DNA of 64,000 nt, from IMG/VR virus record IMGVR_UViG_3300035201_000245, positions 2,107 to 66,106 of that record. One strand, 5' to 3'. A program made the position numbers and the translations under genes. Position 1 is the stretch's first letter. Each line of letters begins with the position of its first letter. This document shows positions 21,164-28,749 of this stretch, in pieces. This DNA is from a virus. Its lineage: Duplodnaviria; Caudoviricetes. The notes below the pieces were generated by a model. The model was not told where the DNA came from. It saw only the letters and a list, made by a program, of their open reading frames with translations, and did not search any database.

Positions 21164-22668
21164 GCCCATCTTATAAAGTGACATCCACTATAGAGATCAT
21201 TATCATCACCACCTGTATATAATGTACCAGGACCACCAGCTATTACAAACTTAACCTTACAATTACTTGTATTTGTAATATCTAAAAGAAAAGGCATAGT
21301 ACTAACACTCATATAGTTTGTAGAACTGTTGTTGTGGAACCATCCATATTGACGACCTATAATATCCCAACTACTACCATCATCTGTAGTACCATATGTT
21401 TCTAATCGAAATTCTGTTGTACCACCATTTAAATAGAAAAGAATAGAGGCTTGACATTCCCATATTCCTGTGGAAGGGAATGAAAATACACCATTAGTAT
21501 TAGTTACAGCAGTATTAATAGTTGGTGATATACCAGGACTATATAAATCCCAATTGTTAATCGGGTTTTGGTTTCCTTGTACGCTTTCTAAAGTAAATTT
21601 ACTATAATGAGTTGGTCCACCACTAACAGAAGCCCACTGAACCGCTGACCCAGAACCTTGACTTGTTAATACTTGACCTGATGTTCCATAGTTAGCACCA
21701 GCAATACCCCATGCACCAGCACTTGTGATGCGAAGTCTTTCTGATACACCACCTGCACCATCAGCAGTTGTAGAGAACATCAATCTACCAGGCGTATCAT
21801 TACCACCTGGAGTTCCATCTACTACACAATCAATACGACCAGATGTATTTTCTCTATCTGTTCCATCTGCACCAGTAAACGAAATAGTTCCTAAGTAATC
21901 ACCATCTTGAACAACAGTAGCAGAACCATCAGAAGTTCCTCTTGATTTACAAAAAGCAAGATAGAAAGGTGCATTACTATTTTGATTACTAATCAAAGCT
22001 GCAGTAGCAGTAGAAGCAGTAGTACCTTCTACCTGCAGAGCTCCCTGCAATCCCCATACTTGATTTGATGCAGTAGATCCTATTAATAATCTACCTGCAG
22101 AGTCGATGCGAACTGATTCTGTTCCTGCATTTGCAAATGCAAGATTACTACTCAACATAGAAATAGTTGCTGAGTGAGAAACGTTATCACTTAACTGAAT
22201 TGTTGCATCTCTACCAGCAGCTCCTGATGATTGGAATCTTGCAACTATATTTCCACCTACAGTTGTGCTAGTTCCATCAGTTTGAACTTGAAATGGATAG
22301 GAAGAAGCAGTGGTATTGATACCAACCGCACCACCAGATGAGATGCGAAGTCTTTCTGTACCAGCAGTAGTTACTCCAAATACATCTGATCCTGGTAAAA
22401 ATATCCCTGTATTTGTATCATCAACACTTGAATAAGTTGGTGTTGTTGCAGAAGATAATGCAGACCTTAAATATACTCCCTTCTGTCCAGCAGTTCCTTT
22501 AAATACGTTTGCACTTGTTAAAAATGAATTAGCACCTGTTGTTACTTCAAGTTGTCCTGTTACTTTTGCTCCAGTACTCGTCGTAACACCACTAACACTC
22601 AAACCATCACTAATAGTGACGGTAGGAGTGGTATCCGATGCAATAGTATCAACCTTTAGTGTACTCAT
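21154..22668 (-). CDS. Mosaic tail fibre protein
   Basis: MSTLKVDTI N-terminus, ERLRI modules, GANYGTSGQVLTS, C1q/TNF-like C-terminus (GVFSFPSTGIW). Confidence 0.8.
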   Translation of the reverse strand: MSTLKVDTIASDTTPTVTISDGLSVSGVTTSTGAKVTGQLEVTTGANSFLTSANVFKGTAGQKGVYLRSALSSATTPTYSSVDDTNTGIFLPGSDVFGVTTAGTERLRISSGGAVGINTTASSYPFQVQTDGTSTTVGGNIVARFQSSGAAGRDATIQLSDNVSHSATISMLSSNLAFANAGTESVRIDSAGRLLIGSTASNQVWGLQGALQVEGTTASTATAALISNQNSNAPFYLAFCKSRGTSDGSATVVQDGDYLGTISFTGADGTDRENTSGRIDCVVDGTPGGNDTPGRLMFSTTADGAGGVSERLRITSAGAWGIAGANYGTSGQVLTSQGSGSAVQWASVSGGPTHYSKFTLESVQGNQNPINNWDLYSPGISPTINTAVTNTNGVFSFPSTGIWECQASILFYLNGGTTEFRLETYGTTDDGSSWDIIGRQYGWFHNNSSTNYMSVSTMPFLLDITNTSNCKVKFVIAGGPGTLYTGGDDNDLYSGCHFIRWADT

Positions 22669-22675
22669 TTTTAAC

Positions 22676-22720
22676 TACTTTTTAGATATTTAGGAAGGAT
22701 TTAAATAACATTATGTATCA
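22676..22720 (-). repeat. 45-bp direct repeat B
   Basis: tactttttagatatttaggaaggatttaaataacattatgtatca. Confidence 0.9.
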
Positions 22721-23157
22721 CCCATAATTGGATACTTGTCCTTAACAGCCTTGATACTCTTATAAAAAGAACCAGTCTTATCAAGTTTACCATTTTCAAT
22801 ATCATGATATATCATATCCAATTGTTCCCTCAAACTAGGGTACTCATCCAATCTTGGTCGCTTATAAGAAGAAAATTTATCATCCCATTCTTTTTGTGAT
22901 TTTAATAATTGATCATTTAATTCATCCAAAGATGGAAGATTCTTAATGGGATTAGGTTTCATCACCAAAGGTCCATTAGGATTTTTGGCATATGCCTCCT
23001 CATCATATACTTTCTCAACCAATCTCAAATTTTCATAAACTTTATTCTTACTATCAGCCCAATAAAACCAACCACCAGGATGTAATTGATGAACTATTTC
23101 AGAATAATGTTTAGGTCTAGAAGGTCCAATTGGGACCTCTTGTTGAAAAGGTATCAT
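22711..23157 (-). CDS. Tail fibre assembly chaperone-like protein
   Basis: C-terminal R..EYPSLREQLDMIYHDI...IKAVKDKYP motif; follows a fibre gene. Confidence 0.7.
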   Translation of the reverse strand: MIPFQQEVPIGPSRPKHYSEIVHQLHPGGWFYWADSKNKVYENLRLVEKVYDEEAYAKNPNGPLVMKPNPIKNLPSLDELNDQLLKSQKEWDDKFSSYKRPRLDEYPSLREQLDMIYHDIENGKLDKTGSFYKSIKAVKDKYPIMGDT

Positions 23158-23159
23158 GA

Positions 23160-24572
23160 TTATGTAGCAGCCAATCGAATAAAGATAAATCCAGTGTAAG
23201 TATATGTAGTATGTCCTTCAAGATACTCACCACCTTGACCAGCACCAAAATTAAAGGCTACTTTAACATTACTAGTACTAGTAACATCAATTAACGCATT
23301 TGTGCCTATATTACCATATGAATCAGAACCTTGGTCATAAATTCCTTGAGCACCTACAGAAGCAGTAGCCCAGTTACTACCACCATCTGCTGTGTATCTA
23401 ATTTGTAAAGTGTTTGTTTGAGAATGGTTAGCAGAATAAACATTACCAAAAGCATGTACCCAATAAAGTCCTGTAGCTGGGAATGTAAATACACCACTAC
23501 TCTCCGTCATTCCAGATCCAAGTAATGATCCAGTACCAAAACCATAAGTATCTACTCGTTCTAAATTAGAAGCAATTGGAAGTTGGTTTGCTTGCAAACT
23601 AGAACTTAATCTCCAAAAATCAGCTTGAGTTATACCACCAGCAGTTGCCCAAGAAACAGCAGAACCAGAACCACCAGATGTTAATACTTGACCTGATGTT
23701 CCATAATTTGCTCCAGCAATTCCAATTTCACCTGAAGTTCCTATACGAATTCTTTCTGTAAAAGTTGCTGCGGCATCAGCAGTACCAGAAGGAGCGTTAT
23801 GGAAACTCCAAACTCCTGATTGTTGTCCAGTATAAGATGCAGTAGCAGTATTGTTATACTTCCAAGAAGTTCCCGTATATCTAGCATTAACAACTGTATA
23901 AAAATTGACGTTACCAGAACCCCATATATTTGCATTACCATTAGCAAAATACAAACTATTTGCTTGTCCATCTGTCTCAGGAGTAGTTCCTAATCCCATA
24001 CTACCATCAGATGTGATGAGAAGTCTTTCTGAGCCATCATTGGTTCCAAAAGAAAGAGAATTAGTAGAGTGACTATAACTTACATAACCAGCATATTCAG
24101 CAGTGCCTGATGTTGCATCAGAGAAATAGATATTACCAGCATTACTTGTTCCACTTCTAATTGTTATTCCAGTAGCACCTGAAGTTGCAATTGTTAAATC
24201 ATCTGCACTTGTATGTCCCTCAGTCGTGGTTCCTAAAAGTAATCTACCACTTGTATCAAGCCTAGCTACCTCTGTATGATTAGTTCTAAGAATTAAAGGA
24301 TCATTACTTTTCGATCCTATAAACGTTCCTGTACTGTCTGCATATAATCTTCCATAACCAGATGTAATATCACCAAAATCAATCATCCCATTGGAACCAC
24401 TGTCAACTTCTATGTTCCCAGAAAACTTTGCTGTTCCACTTGAGTCAATACGAACCCTCTCATCACCATTTGTTCCTAATGTCAGGGTATTACTTGCAGG
24501 AGAATGTACTGATGCCCCTGCACCTACCGTGACGGTTCCATTTCCAGCAACACCAACCTGTAAATTAGCCAT
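23160..24572 (-). CDS. Mosaic tail fibre protein
   Basis: ERVRIDSSG, ADDLTIATSGATGITIRSG, GANYGTSGQVLTS, GVFTFPATGLY tip domain. Confidence 0.8.
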   Translation of the reverse strand: MANLQVGVAGNGTVTVGAGASVHSPASNTLTLGTNGDERVRIDSSGTAKFSGNIEVDSGSNGMIDFGDITSGYGRLYADSTGTFIGSKSNDPLILRTNHTEVARLDTSGRLLLGTTTEGHTSADDLTIATSGATGITIRSGTSNAGNIYFSDATSGTAEYAGYVSYSHSTNSLSFGTNDGSERLLITSDGSMGLGTTPETDGQANSLYFANGNANIWGSGNVNFYTVVNARYTGTSWKYNNTATASYTGQQSGVWSFHNAPSGTADAAATFTERIRIGTSGEIGIAGANYGTSGQVLTSGGSGSAVSWATAGGITQADFWRLSSSLQANQLPIASNLERVDTYGFGTGSLLGSGMTESSGVFTFPATGLYWVHAFGNVYSANHSQTNTLQIRYTADGGSNWATASVGAQGIYDQGSDSYGNIGTNALIDVTSTSNVKVAFNFGAGQGGEYLEGHTTYTYTGFIFIRLAAT

Positions 24573-24598
24573 TTATCAGATAATCCTATTTTTTGTAT

Positions 24599-25111
24599 TT
24601 ATGCTATAAGTAGGGTACATCCTGCTTCCACAGTAATCCCAATTCCTGCAGCAACTTGTACAGGACCTACTAATATTGCGTTCTTACCTGCAGGTAATGT
24701 TATATTCTTATCAATAACCTGATCAAGCATTAACATACCATCATATATGGAAACATTACCATGTGCCTGAACTGCACCTTCTGAAGTAGCAGCACCAGCA
24801 GCAATTCCTTTAACACCAGTAGTATTAATACCAGCAACCTTAATTGTGCTGACACCAACTGAATCTTCTGTCCAGACACCAGCAGCAACACCTGTTAATA
24901 ATGAACCATCACCAACAAAAGCATTCGCAGTAACTATACCCGCAAAAGTAGAGTTACCTCCGTTATATATCCCAATCGTTACGGCACTTCCTACTCGAAA
25001 TCCAGATGCAGCAGTTACAATTCCAGTAGTATTAATCTGCTGTCCTTCAATGGTAAGACTGCCATCCGCTGCTGATAAAACATCGGTTTGTCCATCTATG
25101 CGAATACCCAT
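24599..25111 (-). CDS. Short fibre/adaptor protein
   Basis: GIVTA/GDGSxLTG motifs; C-terminus resembles that of the 752-aa fibre. Confidence 0.65.
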   Translation of the reverse strand: MGIRIDGQTDVLSAADGSLTIEGQQINTTGIVTAASGFRVGSAVTIGIYNGGNSTFAGIVTANAFVGDGSLLTGVAAGVWTEDSVGVSTIKVAGINTTGVKGIAAGAATSEGAVQAHGNVSIYDGMLMLDQVIDKNITLPAGKNAILVGPVQVAAGIGITVEAGCTLLIA

Positions 25112-25144
25112 TTCTGCTTACACATAACTTTTTTATTATTTATC

Positions 25145-25196
25145 AAAAAAGTAATAGGGCGAAAAAATTGCCGCGATTTTTATCGCCCTTTTTTGG
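25145..25196 (-). terminator. Long-stem hairpin/terminator, copy 1 of a pair (see 43194..43245)
   Basis: Minus strand: AAAAAAGGGCGATAAAAAT...ATTTTTTCGCCCTATTACTTTTTT. Confidence 0.65.
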
Positions 25197-25198
25197 AA

Positions 25199-25450
25199 TC
25201 AAAAGTCGTTTTTCCCTGAGGATATTGGATCTGCATACACTAACCTCTCTTCAGGACAGGTAGCACGTACCAACTCCAACACATTCATAAACTGTTCTGT
25301 ATCATCACACACTACCGTCTTAGTATCCCCTTCATTAGAATATAAGTAGAAAGTTTTCTTTGTAGGGTCAACCACACACTTCATTAAATATTCTTCATCT
25401 TCATACTGAATATTATCTTCTCCTAGATCAGGCCTTTGATTCTCTTCCAT
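25199..25450 (-). CDS. Conserved cyanophage hypothetical protein
   Basis: Probable start MEENQRP (ATG at 25450); KCVVDP.KK.FYLYSNEG...FMNVL. Confidence 0.7.
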   Translation of the reverse strand: MEENQRPDLGEDNIQYEDEEYLMKCVVDPTKKTFYLYSNEGDTKTVVCDDTEQFMNVLELVRATCPEERLVYADPISSGKNDF

Positions 25451-25471
25451 AGAAGTCTCCAAAATAGTTGT

Positions 25472-25660
25472 GTGGGAGGTTGGATTCCTGTTTACCAACA
25501 AGAGCAGGGCATTTCTACAGTTTAGAATTACCACTCTGCCTACGACCTACTTGGTATGTAGTTCTGTCTCAAGGACAGCGAGCACCACCTCTGTCGTATC
25601 ACCTTAACCAGCTATATGCCAGTAAGTTTATTCAGTCACTCCCTATGTTGTGCGCTCAAC
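25472..25660 (-). ncRNA. manA-like structured RNA motif
   Basis: GC-richer intergenic about 190 nt: GGGAGTGACTGAATAA...GAGGTGGTGCTCG...TACCAAGTAGGTCG...GTTGGTAAACAGGAATCCAACCTCCC. The 5' GGGAG and 3' CTCCC can pair; several hairpins; own sigma70 promoter. Family assignment is from memory of the motif. Confidence 0.6.
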
Positions 25661-25666
25661 AAAGAT

Positions 25667-25695
25667 AATATAGCACTATAATTAGGTCTTGTCAA
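25667..25695 (-). promoter_or_regulatory. Sigma70-type promoter
   Basis: TTGACA-17nt-TATATT just upstream of the structured RNA. Confidence 0.75.
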
Positions 25696-26225
25696 GGGTT
25701 AGAAATAAACGACTCTTCAGATGAAATAAAATTTCCCGCAATAATATATCGTCCTTCACATTCATTAGAAGGAATATAATGACGCAATCTACTCTCAAAA
25801 ATAATAACCTTTCCATTCTCTGCTTTAATTTCATGTCCAGAAGTTGGAAAAACTAAAGGAGAAGACCCATCAGGAGCATTAACATAATAAACAAAAGAAA
25901 AATAATTAGGAGTAGATGAATCAATAACATCACCCTGCTTATGAGTGTGAGTATTAATATAATCTCCTTTATTATAAATTACACCCCATGCTTCTGAGCA
26001 CACTAACGGAATATCAACAATATCATCACAAATTTTCTTATGTATCCATTCTAATAAAGATTTAACCTCATCAGGTTCTTCCTTAAAATAAGTAATATAA
26101 TATTTGCTATTAGGACCTTCAACTCTAAGTTTATTTTCTTCAATTAAATTATGAAAAATAGGATTACTAGTACTGGATGCAGGATAAAAGCATTCCAGTA
26201 CATGTAAATCTTCAGAAAGTTTCAT
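25692..26225 (-). CDS. 2OG-Fe(II) oxygenase family protein
   Basis: W...Y.KGD....HTH...FSFVYYV...G.VIIFES.LRH...RYIIAGN. Confidence 0.8.
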   Translation of the reverse strand: MKLSEDLHVLECFYPASSTSNPIFHNLIEENKLRVEGPNSKYYITYFKEEPDEVKSLLEWIHKKICDDIVDIPLVCSEAWGVIYNKGDYINTHTHKQGDVIDSSTPNYFSFVYYVNAPDGSSPLVFPTSGHEIKAENGKVIIFESRLRHYIPSNECEGRYIIAGNFISSEESFISNP

Positions 26226-27133
26226 TACATAGTAAAGGTATTACGTGAACCTCTATATTTCTCATCCAATAGATTTCTATCAGGATCAAGGGGATCAAAG
26301 TTCCTATGGTTAGGATCAGGATAATCTTCCCAAGTCTCACCCTCATATTCTACATGTAATGGGTTAATATCCTTTCTTTCTCCATATACATGATAAAAAC
26401 AATCAATTGGTAATCCACCTTGAGCTTGAAGATGTATAAATTCATCATCCCATCTCTTCACAATAATATCCTGATGAGATCCAATAGGTTGAAGTTGAAC
26501 TGAAATACTATCTGTATGAACTAAACCTTTCCAATAATCTGGTATTTTTATTGCCTTTTGATTCCTACACCTTCCTCTAAAATATACACCAACTTCTGGA
26601 CCCTCAATACAAGCATGAGCAAGTCTCCATCCCTGTCCCTTGGTGGGATGAACCATATCAAAAACTTTACCCAAGGAATCAGCAGTTCCAAATCTAGAAG
26701 CAAGTCTTCCTTTATTATCACCATCTATCTTACCACTAACGTATAAATCACCCTCAACATAAAGAGCATTATCTGATGATCCACCTGTTACATATAAACC
26801 ATTAGCAGTCTGCCCATTACCTATTATCTCTTGATTACCTTCAACATTAACTGCCCAAGGAGTTCCACTATCACCTTCTACATGAACATTACCTCTTGTA
26901 TTAAGTGCTCTAGGTGTCGGTTTAGTATCTGTTCGACCAATCATTACAGTCGCAGTACCTGGATAATCACCTGCTCCAAAATCATCAACCGCACCAACCT
27001 GAAGTGATCCTTGAATATAAGAGGACCACTTAATTTTTTCTGCACCAACCCCCAATACTTTTGGTGTAGTAAAAGGTTTTGCAACTACATGTTGACCATT
27101 ATAAACCCATTGTTCATCAATAGAAAATGCCAT
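26225..27133 (-). CDS. Baseplate spike/fibre-like protein with C-terminal chaperone-like domain
   Basis: Beta-repeats LYVEGDLYVSG; K.FD..HP...L.H.C.EGPE..VY.RG C-terminal domain. Confidence 0.65.
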   Translation of the reverse strand: MAFSIDEQWVYNGQHVVAKPFTTPKVLGVGAEKIKWSSYIQGSLQVGAVDDFGAGDYPGTATVMIGRTDTKPTPRALNTRGNVHVEGDSGTPWAVNVEGNQEIIGNGQTANGLYVTGGSSDNALYVEGDLYVSGKIDGDNKGRLASRFGTADSLGKVFDMVHPTKGQGWRLAHACIEGPEVGVYFRGRCRNQKAIKIPDYWKGLVHTDSISVQLQPIGSHQDIIVKRWDDEFIHLQAQGGLPIDCFYHVYGERKDINPLHVEYEGETWEDYPDPNHRNFDPLDPDRNLLDEKYRGSRNTFTM

Positions 27134-27142
27134 ATTTACCTC

Positions 27143-27754
27143 CTAGCCGTTTTGAATTTGTGTTCCTGGTTTGGGCATCGTACCAGGTATAGATGCTGCT
27201 GTTACCCCTGTTATAAGAGGAGAAATAATATGAACCCCCAACAAACCACTTAAAGTCAGAATTCCTGTACTCACTATTTTATATGATTGCTTACCATCTA
27301 TTGTAATATTCTTTGAGTCAAGTTTAATACTCTCATACCCATTAATCTCAACCCTTCCATGATCTGGTGGTTGACCTGTTGCAACCATCTCTATATCATG
27401 GGCCTCCATTCTAATTTTACCATTCGCTGCTTTCAATTGAATGTCACCATTCTTTGCAATAACAACAAAGGCTTCCTTCTCACAGATACCTTCTGGTGGA
27501 TCACTTCCTTCAGGAACTGCTGCTAAATCTTCTCCTGTGTGAATCATTGTTGCACCAGGAGAATTCATTACAGTCCATCCTGTACGAACCCCATCCTCAT
27601 CTAAAGATAAGAAATGCCTACCATCTAGTCCTTTTAATTCTACACTAGAAGTAACATCATCTCTTGGACTCAAAGCACCAAATTGAATCATGCCATTCAT
27701 AGCACTCCAGGCTTGTACCCAGAAATTCTTTTTTGGTCCTGCGTTACCTGACAT
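27143..27754 (-). CDS. gp5 C-terminal-like beta-helix spike protein
   Basis: AKNGDIQLKAANGKIRMEAHDI beta-repeats; downstream of gp5. Confidence 0.55.
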   Translation of the reverse strand: MSGNAGPKKNFWVQAWSAMNGMIQFGALSPRDDVTSSVELKGLDGRHFLSLDEDGVRTGWTVMNSPGATMIHTGEDLAAVPEGSDPPEGICEKEAFVVIAKNGDIQLKAANGKIRMEAHDIEMVATGQPPDHGRVEINGYESIKLDSKNITIDGKQSYKIVSTGILTLSGLLGVHIISPLITGVTAASIPGTMPKPGTQIQNG

Positions 27755-27762
27755 AATAGTAT

Positions 27763-28749
27763 CTATTGAAGTTTTTCTGTAGTTGGGTTATCAATACTCT
27801 CTAAACGAGTATCATAAACTCTAATGTCTGTTCCATCACTAGTAGTAGTACCAGCATACTTTGTTCCACCAACAAAGTAAACGTTTCCATAATAAGCTTT
27901 ACCGTCAACATATCCATTAAGAGTTAGACCAACAAGATCATAAACACGAACAAGTTGTGATTGATCTATCAATCTTACCTCTTCAGGATCACGATTAATC
28001 TCAAAGACAGGAATAAATGATGCATTAAATCCACTCTCAGTATCCATTGCTATATTTGGAAGTTGAGTAAAACTACCTCGCTGATCGACACTAACAGATC
28101 TAATCTTACCAAATGGATCACATTTATATGTTAATACTGTACCATTACTAGGAGTAATTGTCAATTTATCTACACCACAATTATAATTAAATCCTGGATT
28201 CTTTACGCGAACTTCTGTAAGTGTTAGAACTGCTGGATATTGTGAAGTTGTTCCTGCTGGTGGAAGATAACCCAAACCACTATCATTAACAATAACTTTT
28301 ACAACAACACCATCCTTTACTAATGTCTGTAGAACAGCACCAGAACCATTCTTACAAGGATCTATAACCTGTACTTGAGGTGGAGATTTATATCCTCCAC
28401 CACCACGTATAAGATCAACAGCAATCAATTGACCATTACTATCGATAACTGGATTTGCTGCTGCACCTATACCCTGACCACCAAAGAACTTAAGAATAGG
28501 AGGACCACAAGGTTTGTCTCTTGTATCACAAGGATCAGACCTTAATAAATTTTTAGGTGTTAGTTGATTAACACCATCAATGTCTAAGTATATAACTTTA
28601 TTATCACCATTTATAAAGATAAATTCAGTCTTTGGATTTGCTTCTGCATATGTATTTGCATCAGCAATAGACAAATTCTTAACATATCCGTCAGTCTGAC
28701 TGATATATCCTACTTTAATATTATTAAATGAGGTTGGTGTTATTGGCAT
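27763..28749 (-). CDS. Baseplate-associated structural protein
   Basis: GGGYKSPP.V, NPGFNY repeats; coupled to gp5. Confidence 0.6.
   Translation of the reverse strand: MPITPTSFNNIKVGYISQTDGYVKNLSIADANTYAEANPKTEFIFINGDNKVIYLDIDGVNQLTPKNLLRSDPCDTRDKPCGPPILKFFGGQGIGAAANPVIDSNGQLIAVDLIRGGGGYKSPPQVQVIDPCKNGSGAVLQTLVKDGVVVKVIVNDSGLGYLPPAGTTSQYPAVLTLTEVRVKNPGFNYNCGVDKLTITPSNGTVLTYKCDPFGKIRSVSVDQRGSFTQLPNIAMDTESGFNASFIPVFEINRDPEEVRLIDQSQLVRVYDLVGLTLNGYVDGKAYYGNVYFVGGTKYAGTTTSDGTDIRVYDTRLESIDNPTTEKLQ

Noticed and set aside
846-24572. Diversity-generating retroelement or invertase shufflon acting on the fibre genes
   Set aside because: No reverse transcriptase or recombinase in the window, no template/variable repeat pair with A-specific differences noticed, and the repeats are direct rather than inverted
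25468-25668. 66-aa plus-strand ORF, or a tRNA
   Set aside because: Overlaps the structured minus-strand RNA; no cloverleaf with a GTTC T-loop and anticodon arm could be drawn
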